Origin: Alphaproteobacteria bacterium
Lineage (GTDB): Bacteria > Pseudomonadota > Alphaproteobacteria > Paracaedibacterales > VGCI01
Reading direction: 5' to 3'
NCBI GenBank assembly: GCA_019746225.1
Contig: JAIESE010000023.1
Span: 9,117 to 73,116, forward strand
DNA: 64,000 nt
Shown: positions 31,197 to 40,366 of the stretch, piece by piece
Numbering within the stretch: position 1 is the first letter of the stretch
How the letters are laid out: each line of letters begins with the position of its first letter
Position numbers and translations under genes: made by a program
The notes under the pieces: generated by a model
Seen by the model: only the letters and a program-made list of their open reading frames with translations
Database searches by the model: none
Told to the model about the DNA's origin: nothing

Positions 31197-31709
31197 TTAA
31201 GAGTTATCAGCAATAACTCGACCTTGGCCACGCCCATGGAGTTGCGAACCAACATCAATTACCATAACTCTTTGGCCTACGCAGAACATTGGATCCGCTC
31301 CTTGACGCATGGTCACTATGTCACCACGCTGCAATTTAATTTGGTATTCCATGCCTTCTTGGTCAGTCAATTTTTGACCCAACAAATGACCACCAACACC
31401 TCCAGCAACAGCACCAGCGAGTCCCGCAACAATGCTGCCTCTACCTCCACCGACTTGAGAACCTAACAGACCACCGCCAAGTGCACCGAGGGCTGCGCCT
31501 GCGCCGGGTTGATTATCCATTTCTTGGCTACCCGATGAGATCGTGATCGGACGCGCTGCAATAATAACACCTCGAAGTGTCTGGCTCATTTGCCCAACGC
31601 CATGGATAGAAACGTTATTTGCACCAATGCGCGGCGCACAACCTGTGCCGAGCAAAACTAAACTTAAGGACGCAGATATGACCATTGAATTCAAAAGTAT
31701 TTTTTTCAT
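31197..31709 (-). CDS. Outer-membrane lipoprotein, SlyB / glycine-zipper 2TM type
   Basis: Lipobox LGTGC and glycine zipper GAALGALGGGLLGSQVGGG. Confidence 0.85.
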   Translation of the reverse strand: MKKILLNSMVISASLSLVLLGTGCAPRIGANNVSIHGVGQMSQTLRGVIIAARPITISSGSQEMDNQPGAGAALGALGGGLLGSQVGGGRGSIVAGLAGAVAGGVGGHLLGQKLTDQEGMEYQIKLQRGDIVTMRQGADPMFCVGQRVMVIDVGSQLHGRGQGRVIADNS

Positions 31710-31839
31710 AATATTTCCTAATTTATGTAAGTAGAATTTTCATTATCGTTATTGTGGGGTTTTCCCTCTTCGCCTCTTTATATAGCAAAAAAGAAGCTAA
31801 AAAACAATTTCTTTCTATGGGGCTACACTTACTAGAACT

Positions 31840-33036
31840 TTACGCAACTTGCGCACTGCTAGTATCTGTGTCCTTCGCAACAAAGATTTGATCAACTTTC
31901 AAGAGTTTGTAGCCAACCCATAGGCTCGAGACCATAAACAACCCCATAATCACAGCCAAGGATCGCAACGTTCCATCGTAGAAATAGCTTGCAAGCTGGA
32001 GACTCAATGCCGTGACAATTAATCGCCCAGCCACAACCACAGCCGCTAAGCGCCCTTTAGCCCCGGGAATGCTTTCCAGCATAAGAGGCCACAAGATATT
32101 GATTGGTAGTATAATGCCGATCGATTGAAACAACATGACCCCAGTAATGATCAAGGGATCTTTGACATTAAACAGAATAAGTACCGGCATCAACACCATG
32201 AACACCACCATCATGGACACACCAAAGAAAAAACATTTTTTCTGACCATATTTTCTCAAGAAGAATCCAGAACTAAAACTCCCAACAGAAAAAACAGCCG
32301 CAAGGGCCCCTTGATAGAAGCCAAATTCTTTTAAACTGACCCCCAGATCTTCCATATACAAAATAGGCGACATCCCAATAAAGATCCAGTAAACCTGAAG
32401 AGAAAGAACGATGGAAGCAATGTAGTAAAAAGCTTTTTTGGAGCGCAACACGGGCACATACTCTTTTAAGGAGAAAGTCACTTCCGAATTCTTGACACCC
32501 TTTGGCAAATAGACAATTCCAAGCCCCAAACATAGAAGTGAAAGAAGAAGGAGAACCACAAAGTTGCCTTGCCAACTATAGTACATATTAACGAAGCTAC
32601 CCACGACAGGCGCAAACGCCATTGCCAAAGTCAATGCCCCATTCAACGTGCCCATCAATTGTTGTTGGCGTTGTGCAGAATACATATCTGCAATGACCAA
32701 ATAGGACAAAACGGCAGCGCCCGATATCCCAGCCCCTTGCCATAACCGCCCAAACAAAAGATGCCAGTAAGCTGTTGAAAAAATACAAAATATACTGCCA
32801 ATCGTAAAGATCAACAACCCAAGCAAAATAATGGGACGACGGCCATAACGATCCCCTAGATTCCCAACAATCAGAGACGTTAAGCAGTGAGCCGTCAAAT
32901 TCACAGCCAGCGTCAGCTCCACCATGAAAGGGGATAGATGAAAGGCATGTTGCAAATCTGGAAAGCTGGGGACAAAAATGTCAATCTCAGCTCCGCATAG
33001 GATTTGCATAAGGACAATCGTCATCAACAGAGGCAT
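31840..33036 (-). CDS. MFS drug-resistance transporter (Bcr/CflA-like)
   Basis: DIFVPSFP, motif A GNLGDRYGRRP, and ~12 TM segments. Confidence 0.88.
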   Translation of the reverse strand: MPLLMTIVLMQILCGAEIDIFVPSFPDLQHAFHLSPFMVELTLAVNLTAHCLTSLIVGNLGDRYGRRPIILLGLLIFTIGSIFCIFSTAYWHLLFGRLWQGAGISGAAVLSYLVIADMYSAQRQQQLMGTLNGALTLAMAFAPVVGSFVNMYYSWQGNFVVLLLLSLLCLGLGIVYLPKGVKNSEVTFSLKEYVPVLRSKKAFYYIASIVLSLQVYWIFIGMSPILYMEDLGVSLKEFGFYQGALAAVFSVGSFSSGFFLRKYGQKKCFFFGVSMMVVFMVLMPVLILFNVKDPLIITGVMLFQSIGIILPINILWPLMLESIPGAKGRLAAVVVAGRLIVTALSLQLASYFYDGTLRSLAVIMGLFMVSSLWVGYKLLKVDQIFVAKDTDTSSAQVA

Positions 33037-33181
33037 TTAATGGACTCGAGGTTTTTGATTAAAAGTAATGTTTACTTTAAAACATATAATTACTTAATTT
33101 GGAAAATACAATCGGAAACAAAATTATTAAGCACCGCATTCAAGGGCGAAGTGCAACACAGCGTACGGTGTTACCATCTTT

Positions 33182-34108
33182 TTAGAACCGTCCCGCATCG
33201 CCCTCAAGTTTTTTTTCCTCGTTCAATTTATATTCTCTTTCAATTTCCTCTAGCATTACTTCTATATTGGCGTAAGGAATTTCCACGTTAAACCTAAAAT
33301 CTTCTTGGTTTGGGTGCATATCATAGACATCTGCATTGCTAAAGTGAAATTTAAAGGCGTTTAAGGATTCTGGATCCCCGCCAGGAAAAATATTTTCGTA
33401 TGAAACCTTTATATAGGTATTCGGTAATACCCCCTCAAGCTTATCAATGCCGAAGGCAGCGACTAACGTTGGATTCATGGTTAGCTCTGGATTTATAGTG
33501 TCATACCCTTCATGTCGATGGTCGCCCAAACTGCTTCCTGAGCATTCGAAGTATTCACACAAAACAAACAAGGCTGCTCTTGGGATCGGCTTCGATTTAT
33601 CTAACTCATAATCATCCAATGGTATGTAAGGTTTCTCAATAGGATTGTTTCCGCAGCCTATAAGAGCCATTATACCATTGAATGGACGAAGCTGCAGAAC
33701 ACCGTAAGTCTCAAAAACTCTTCTCATCTCTTCAAGAGGAAGAGTAATTGTTAAACTTTTAACCAAGGTAAGGGGATCTTCAAAAGAGCATTGTTGTTGC
33801 TCGTTCAACGTATTGGCACCAACTTTCAGACGGCCAAATCTATCTCTTTCCGTTTGGTACCTTTCTTGCATCTGAACATACATAGAGAAAACCTCTAAGT
33901 ATTCCTTGTCCGTAAGCGCTGCTTGAACAGCTGGCTTGATGTCGCTAGCTTGATCTACCAGACTTTCTTTTTTGGCTAATACTGTTGTAAAATGATGATT
34001 TTGATCTTTAGGATTATTGTCGTTTGCTTCAGCGCCATAGGTAGCACCATGACCGTAAACAACTACAAGTAAGTAGGTGGCAGCAAAAGATAATATGCGC
34101 TTATTCAT
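33182..34108 (-). CDS. Hypothetical secreted protein
   Basis: 308 aa; signal ending TYG-AE; no recognised motif. Confidence 0.7.
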   Translation of the reverse strand: MNKRILSFAATYLLVVVYGHGATYGAEANDNNPKDQNHHFTTVLAKKESLVDQASDIKPAVQAALTDKEYLEVFSMYVQMQERYQTERDRFGRLKVGANTLNEQQQCSFEDPLTLVKSLTITLPLEEMRRVFETYGVLQLRPFNGIMALIGCGNNPIEKPYIPLDDYELDKSKPIPRAALFVLCEYFECSGSSLGDHRHEGYDTINPELTMNPTLVAAFGIDKLEGVLPNTYIKVSYENIFPGGDPESLNAFKFHFSNADVYDMHPNQEDFRFNVEIPYANIEVMLEEIEREYKLNEEKKLEGDAGRF

Positions 34109-34174
34109 AACAAATGGTCCTATTCATAAATTTTTAAAAGGATATAGGCCGCTTATAACGGACTTTAAGTACTT

Positions 34175-34203
34175 ATATAGTGCTAAACAATATCTATATC
34201 AAC
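34175..34203 (-). promoter_or_regulatory. Putative sigma-70 promoter of the 33182-34108 gene
   Basis: Minus strand GTTGAT-N17-CTATAT. Confidence 0.45.
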
Positions 34204-34314
34204 CATTTATTTCTACTTTAAGTGACTTCCAAGTAATTTGATGAAAGGGCTTCAAGTAATGGGTTTAATGCAAATAAAAGATACAACTCAACTTCTTGAT
34301 TCTTTTGATATATA

Positions 34315-34373
34315 CCCCTCACCCGCTCATTTCGCTCACGCTCAAGAGCGACCTCTCCCACAACGGGAGAGGT
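34315..34373. repeat. REP-like palindromic element
   Basis: CCCCTCACCC...CGCTC-aa-GAGCG followed by ACCTCTCCC-acaac-GGGAGAGGT; resembles CCCCTCACCC..CCTCTCCC..GGGAGAGG interspersed repeats of proteobacteria. Confidence 0.6.
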
Positions 34374-34560
34374 GAAAATGCACGAATTATGAACATAAGA
34401 TTTCGGAAGGTTGCAAAAGAAGACTGTTCTTTACCTCTTCCATTGCTCAGTTATGCTGTAGCGAGTGGGGGCATAAGAGATTAGGATAAGGAACCAAATA
34501 AATAGCAGAAACCCCAAACCTCACCCATTAATAATAGTTTTACCCAGTACCTCTCAATCA

Positions 34561-35412
34561 CTAATCCTTTGCCTTGAGCTCTTGGGAGTTGGCTTTCCCG
34601 TCATCTGCAGATACCTCCTCCCCTTTCCCTTTATCAGCTGCCAGCGTGGTCTCCACGACCTCAGGTCGGTTTTGCGGTTGTTTTTGGTTTTTTGCTTTAA
34701 GCTTTTCTTCAAGCAACTTCATTTGTAATTCTACCAAGTATTGTTCTTGCTCAAAAACTCTTTTCCTCTCAGCCCTCTCAGCCTTTCTCTTTTCGTCTTG
34801 CTCTCGTTTCTCTTTCAGCTTTAGCCTCTCTTGCTTAGATTTGAGTGTTTGTTCCTTAACGGATTGCAATTCTTGTTCTTTTTTTGAAAGAATGCTCTCA
34901 GTAGTAAATTTCAGTGTTCTTTCCTCTTTTAATTTCTGTTCAAATTGTTCTCGAAGTGTAGATAGTTCTTGAGCTTTATTCGAACATTCAAGCTTAAGCG
35001 CTTCCGCTTCTTCACGTAATTCAAGAGTGCTTTTAAGCTCAGGTTTAAGAGGGCTTTCGAATTTCTCCTTCACAATCATATCTATTAAGTCAGAGCGTCT
35101 GCTCTCTGCAAGATCTCTTAAGCACTCTTCCAAGCTTTTGATATCATGAAAACGTCGAGCCGTCTGATCTATATTGAGACTAAGTTGCTCACATGCTTTC
35201 AAAATCAAATATCGGTCAACAAGATCTAAGGAATCAATCCCTTCCATTAAAGTGTTTTGAAGCAAGATATGGGCATCATCCATTCTTTGACCTTCCGTCA
35301 ACACGGTTAGTGGACTGGCTGATTCGCGCTTTTGTGCCTTCTCAGCTCCCCATGTGATGGTGGTATTGATGAACCCTAGAAATAGAACGAAGGCCAAATT
35401 TTTGTAATGCAT
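34561..35412 (-). CDS. Secreted coiled-coil protein
   Basis: Signal MHYKNLAF...TWG-AE; long E/K/Q/R heptad region; GGAGA SD before ATG 35412. Confidence 0.78.
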   Translation of the reverse strand: MHYKNLAFVLFLGFINTTITWGAEKAQKRESASPLTVLTEGQRMDDAHILLQNTLMEGIDSLDLVDRYLILKACEQLSLNIDQTARRFHDIKSLEECLRDLAESRRSDLIDMIVKEKFESPLKPELKSTLELREEAEALKLECSNKAQELSTLREQFEQKLKEERTLKFTTESILSKKEQELQSVKEQTLKSKQERLKLKEKREQDEKRKAERAERKRVFEQEQYLVELQMKLLEEKLKAKNQKQPQNRPEVVETTLAADKGKGEEVSADDGKANSQELKAKD

Positions 35413-35528
35413 GTATATCTCCAAACTTATTAAAATAACTCAATCAAACTGGGATGCCTCAAAGAGCTTAAAGCCTTTTTAATGCTATGGACCTGCTCTC
35501 CTCGGCTTTATCTAAAAGTGTGCTCATT

Positions 35529-37586
35529 CTAATTATTCGTATGAACACTGCTTTCTAGTGTCTGTGAAGGTACTTGATACCTCCTTAATTCCTCTTCCAC
35601 TTCAAGAGTTTTACGAATCCGATCAGCTTCATCCTGTTCGGCTTTAAGGCGTAATTTCTCGCCCGCTTCTCTTGCTCTGTTTTCAAGTTTTTCCTTCTTT
35701 TTGTGTGCTTTCACTTGCACGATGGCTTGTTCGGCCCTCAATAAATCCTGTTCATGTGCTAACTCCGCTTTTGCTTTGGTTAACGCCTCATCAACGCCCT
35801 TGGTTCTTTCTTCAACAGTCCCTCTTGCCGCAACAACACTGCTTATTTTTCCTTGTTCTTTCTCCTTAAGAGATCTTATCTCCTCAATCGTAGCCTTCAG
35901 CGATTTTTGACTTCTATCGATTGTAAACTTATCATTTAAAGAACTTGGCCAATAACACGAAGGCTTCATATTTAATTCACGATAATCCTTTGTTTTTTTT
36001 ATTATTTTTGTGAGCCAATCATCCTTCTTGCTGACCAAAGGAAGACGATAAGTTGGAAGATAAGGGAGAGCCTCTTCCTTTTGTAAAGTTTGAGTTTTCC
36101 ACTTTTGTGCAAAAGTTTGTAACTCTCTTGCCAAATATTGGCGTGCCACTTCCAACTCAAGCGGCGGAAGCCCTCTGTGTTCAAGATACATCAAGAGTAT
36201 TAGAAACTCATTAAACGCATATTCTTCTTTAAGAGAAGCGCGATCCATAACAGTTAAGGGAGCTTCTCGCCTTTGCAGATCTACCGAAGGGGTCAGTCTG
36301 GAAGTTTCTATGGGGGTCTCCGGTAACCTTGGCATAACTTCAACCTGATCAGGCTCGGATTGTTCCGCTTCCTTATTCATAATCTCCACAGATGGTGGCA
36401 GCAATTCCTGATGAAGCTGCTCAGATGGAGGTAGAGTGACTTCTTTTGCAACCGGTGTTATCTGTTTCTCGATGACCTCTAAAGGCTTATTAAGATTTGC
36501 GAGGAGCTGTTGACGCGTCCTCTCTTGCGCTTCCATGAGAGCATGACGGGTTCTCTCTTGCTCTTCCATAAGCGCTTCACGCGCCTGCTTCTGGGAGATT
36601 TTTTGCTTCAATTTCTTATTTCTTTTCTGCGCGGCTTGCACTTGCTCTTGAAGAAGACGCAAACGCTTCTCTCCTTCTCGTTGTTTTTCTTTATTACTGT
36701 TCTCCTGAGCCTCTCGCAGTTCTCTATCGATTCTATCATCAATGGCATCCATTCTCTTCTGAGTGGAGAGAGTTTCATCCAAAACATCCCCCAATCTTCT
36801 CCTTGTCTGGGCGAGTGTTCTTTGCGCAGCTTCTTCCTTTTTCTTAATTTGATCCGTTTCTGATTTCCATTTTTTGCGCACATCCTTAGAATTTTGTTTC
36901 GTCTTTTGCACGTTACATTGCGTTTCTTTTAATTTTGCTGTTTCCTTTTCCAGTCTTTGTTTTTCAGCACCTTTTAACGCTTCCGCTTCTCGGACCCTTT
37001 TATTTATAGAGAGTAATTCTTCGAAGCGCTGTCTTCTCTCACAAGTCAAATTTTCCAAAATAGCATGTAATTTGGCATTTTCAGGGTAACGTTTACATAG
37101 TCTTTCGAGTTCAATTCTAAAAACCACAAACCTCCACAAGAGAGCGTCAGATTGATAACCTGGGCGCTTTTCTAATTCCAAAAAGGAATTTGGGTATATT
37201 TTATAAAGAATTACAGAAACACCATTATGATAACGCATACCCCCTTTTTTTTCAGGCCAACCTTCTCTTAAAGCTTTTGTTTCCTGGTCTATATAAATTC
37301 CGACTATATTTGAAAGGGAAAGAGAATACTCTTGAGTATAAGTTTGAGAAGCCTCTCTATTGCGTCTTTTAAGCTCTAAGTAACGTTCTCTTAACGGTTC
37401 CAAGGGCACCTGCAAATCAGCAATTCTAGGTGTCCTTTTTGGGGCACTCATTGGAACCACGGTGGCCGTTTCAATAGGTCTTCCAAGCTCATCTCCTTCG
37501 ACCATATCCGGTCCTTGGGCTCCTAAGGTAAAGGATGCACTTAAGAGTCCCAACAAAAGACTAAAAGCTAAATTCTTGAACTTCAT
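35529..37586 (-). CDS. Secreted coiled-coil protein
   Basis: Signal MKFKNLAF...TLG-AQ; two long coiled coils separated by a Pro/Glu linker; AGGAGA SD. Confidence 0.8.
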   Translation of the reverse strand: MKFKNLAFSLLLGLLSASFTLGAQGPDMVEGDELGRPIETATVVPMSAPKRTPRIADLQVPLEPLRERYLELKRRNREASQTYTQEYSLSLSNIVGIYIDQETKALREGWPEKKGGMRYHNGVSVILYKIYPNSFLELEKRPGYQSDALLWRFVVFRIELERLCKRYPENAKLHAILENLTCERRQRFEELLSINKRVREAEALKGAEKQRLEKETAKLKETQCNVQKTKQNSKDVRKKWKSETDQIKKKEEAAQRTLAQTRRRLGDVLDETLSTQKRMDAIDDRIDRELREAQENSNKEKQREGEKRLRLLQEQVQAAQKRNKKLKQKISQKQAREALMEEQERTRHALMEAQERTRQQLLANLNKPLEVIEKQITPVAKEVTLPPSEQLHQELLPPSVEIMNKEAEQSEPDQVEVMPRLPETPIETSRLTPSVDLQRREAPLTVMDRASLKEEYAFNEFLILLMYLEHRGLPPLELEVARQYLARELQTFAQKWKTQTLQKEEALPYLPTYRLPLVSKKDDWLTKIIKKTKDYRELNMKPSCYWPSSLNDKFTIDRSQKSLKATIEEIRSLKEKEQGKISSVVAARGTVEERTKGVDEALTKAKAELAHEQDLLRAEQAIVQVKAHKKKEKLENRAREAGEKLRLKAEQDEADRIRKTLEVEEELRRYQVPSQTLESSVHTNN

Positions 37587-37653
37587 GAAATATCTCCTAA
37601 TAAACAACGAATAAATCCAATATTGATGAAGGGCACCAATCCTTGAGCCTCAT

Positions 37654-38787
37654 CTACTTTATTTCAGCGAGAGTGATTAGCATCTCCTCATTTTCTCTGA
37701 TAAGCTTTTCCAACATTCTTTGAGCCTCAAATAACTGCTTCTCCAGCTCACTCGACACCCCTGTTTCCGTTTTATGGAATCGCTCCATGCCTGCCTCGCG
37801 TATGCGGCGTCTTTTTTCTTCGTATTCTCGTTGTTCATGTTCCTTCAAATCTAGCTTTAATTGACCCAATTTCATTTCTGCAATCGCAATTGCTTCTTCA
37901 GTAGCCCATGTTTCACTTTTTGCGGCCCTCTTGGCGTCTTTCATTTTTTGGCGCATCTCCTCCTCACGTCTTTCTTTTACCTTGAGTTTTTCAGTAATAG
38001 AGGTTAGGCGATCCGCAGCCTCTTGAGTGGAGGCTAGAGCCTGCTCCGTTTGTTGCTGATACATTGGAACTTCTGACTGATAAGCACTCAACTGACTCTC
38101 ACGCGCCTGAATGGTGGTTGATAAAGCATCGAATCCACACTTTTTGAGGATATTTGGCTGGCATATTTTGAAAGCCTCCCAAGCCGAATCGACGGGTGTC
38201 TCTTCATCCACGCCTCTTTCAGCTTGCCATTCTTTAAAAGCCACTTCTGTCGCTTTTTCCCAAAATAATTTGGTATGATACAGCTTTTCTTGAGAAAGAT
38301 TGCCCGTTTGATAAACAAGTTCTAAGAATATGGAAGCTTCAGCATCCAGAAAGGCTTTCTTCACAAGAGCACGCTCCCCAGCTTCACGTAAATATTCCTG
38401 TCTTAAGGCCTCTCGTTGTGCTTTCTCCTCAGCTTCCCGTTGCTTCTTTTCTTGCTTTAACGCTTCCTCGAGAGCCCTCTTCTCAGCTTCTTGTCTTTTC
38501 TTTTCAGCCGCTTCAGCAGCAACACGCTGACGTTCTTCAGCCGCCAAAGCTTCTTGCTTTTCTTTTACGGCTTGGAGATTTCTTTGATACTCGAGAGTGG
38601 CTATTCTTTTTGCCTCTAATTCTTCTGGTGATTGTACAGCTGGTAATTGTACAGCCCTTGCCCTGGGTAGGCGGATGACGCAAAAAGAGCGGTACTCAAT
38701 GCCGTCATCTTCTTCATCAGCCCCCAACACACATGTCGTACTGATTAACCCCACACTCAGAAAATATGTAATCATTTTGCCATTCAT
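37654..38787 (-). CDS. Secreted coiled-coil protein
   Basis: Signal ending VLG-AD; EAEKK/EQR-rich helices; AGGAGA SD. Confidence 0.78.
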   Translation of the reverse strand: MNGKMITYFLSVGLISTTCVLGADEEDDGIEYRSFCVIRLPRARAVQLPAVQSPEELEAKRIATLEYQRNLQAVKEKQEALAAEERQRVAAEAAEKKRQEAEKRALEEALKQEKKQREAEEKAQREALRQEYLREAGERALVKKAFLDAEASIFLELVYQTGNLSQEKLYHTKLFWEKATEVAFKEWQAERGVDEETPVDSAWEAFKICQPNILKKCGFDALSTTIQARESQLSAYQSEVPMYQQQTEQALASTQEAADRLTSITEKLKVKERREEEMRQKMKDAKRAAKSETWATEEAIAIAEMKLGQLKLDLKEHEQREYEEKRRRIREAGMERFHKTETGVSSELEKQLFEAQRMLEKLIRENEEMLITLAEIK

Positions 38788-38947
38788 AACAGTCTCCTAA
38801 ACACCGAAAATAAGTTTTTTTAAAAATTATGTGTTCGTTGCTCGCACATTATAGAGTGGCAGTTTTTAGTCAATACCGTAATAATACGCTAGTCATTAAT
38901 GAGGATTTGTGAGAATTATGCTTGTGACTTAAGAATCTTCAAGATGG

Positions 38948-40300
38948 CTAAGTGCCTTTGTTCTTCAATTCCGCCAATAGATCTTTTACCCGTGTTAAGG
39001 CTTTGGGATTGTCTTTCAACAGCTTCTCGGCCCGTTTGGCTTGAGATTTTGCTGCATCAAATTTCTCTAAAAGAAATGCCTCTTCAGCGAGCGCGTACGC
39101 TGCTTCCCCCACGCGATTTGTTTTGCCATAAGCCGTTGCCAACAGGCGCCAAGCCATGGAATAATCTTGAGGATGTTTTTGCGTCAAGGGAACCAGAATA
39201 TCCACCGCTTCCAGACAGCCGGGCGATGACTTTCGCTCAATGAGAGCATGGGCCAGCATGATCTTAATTAAAGGACTGTTGGCTCTCAAGGATAAAGACT
39301 TTTTCAGTGGCTCTACAGCTTTATCAACTTCGCCCGTTTCGAATAATATTTGACCTTTTAATTCATGAAAATAGGGGTCCTTGGGATAATCTCTCAATAA
39401 ATGATCAACTTCTTCCAGAGCCTGTCCAAACTGTCCCAACCCATATTTAGCAATAGCACGGGCATAACGGGCATGTTGACTCGTATCCGATGGTTTATAA
39501 GTTTGCAACGCTCTCGACGGCTCCAAAAAGGCCATCAATTTTGCCTTGATGCGCTGAAACTTGGCCTCAATATCATGAGGGATAGTTCGATTGTGTGGAA
39601 AGCATCTTCTCAAATTTTCATGAACGCTTTGAATCCGATCCGGCGTCAAGGGGTGACTTCGGGAATAGAGATCAACTCTGCCAGTTGACTCATACATTTT
39701 GTGAATCTTATGTAAGAACTCAGAGAGACCTTCTGCTGGCCAGCCCAATTGCGTAAGGTAAGTCAGAGCTGCTTGGTCAGCGGATGATTCTTGAGCGCGG
39801 GAGTAATGCAACATCCCTCTTTCAAAAACATGAGCACCACCGGCAAGCGCGGCTTCTAAGGGTGCTGTTTGGCCACTCGCTAGCGCAAGGGCGCCCCCCA
39901 AGATCACTGCAGCAGCAGCAGGTATGAGAGCTTGGGTTTGGGCAGCATCCATGCGAGAAATATGCCCGCCAGCAATATGCCCAACCTCATGCGCCATAAC
40001 ACCTAAGAATTGTGAGGCATTGTCACATTTCATCAAAAATTCAGAATATATTAAGATAATGCCACCAACGGTCGCCGCCGCATTCACATCCGGATTAACG
40101 ATAATATAAATGTGCGGCTTGTACTGCCTCAATCCCGCTGCTGTAAATATCTTTTGGATCCAGCTCTTAAAGGCAGTATCTGTTTCATCATCCAGAAGGA
40201 CACTCCCCGTCTTAAACTGAGGTGGCCCTGCCGAGATTGGGGTTATAATGGCGCATATAATGAGAAAAAGCAGACTTGTAATGACTTTTCGCATCATCAT
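38948..40300 (-). CDS. M48 family Zn metalloprotease with TPR domain (BepA/YfgC-like)
   Basis: Signal peptide, VNAAA, AHEVGH (HExxH), YSRAQESSAD, SHPLT and TPR helices. Confidence 0.9.
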   Translation of the reverse strand: MMMRKVITSLLFLIICAIITPISAGPPQFKTGSVLLDDETDTAFKSWIQKIFTAAGLRQYKPHIYIIVNPDVNAAATVGGIILIYSEFLMKCDNASQFLGVMAHEVGHIAGGHISRMDAAQTQALIPAAAAVILGGALALASGQTAPLEAALAGGAHVFERGMLHYSRAQESSADQAALTYLTQLGWPAEGLSEFLHKIHKMYESTGRVDLYSRSHPLTPDRIQSVHENLRRCFPHNRTIPHDIEAKFQRIKAKLMAFLEPSRALQTYKPSDTSQHARYARAIAKYGLGQFGQALEEVDHLLRDYPKDPYFHELKGQILFETGEVDKAVEPLKKSLSLRANSPLIKIMLAHALIERKSSPGCLEAVDILVPLTQKHPQDYSMAWRLLATAYGKTNRVGEAAYALAEEAFLLEKFDAAKSQAKRAEKLLKDNPKALTRVKDLLAELKNKGT

Positions 40301-40366
40301 TCCCTACCAGTGAGTTGAATCAACCTGGTCTCACCAAATCGTTAATATCTGCAATATTTTCTATCA

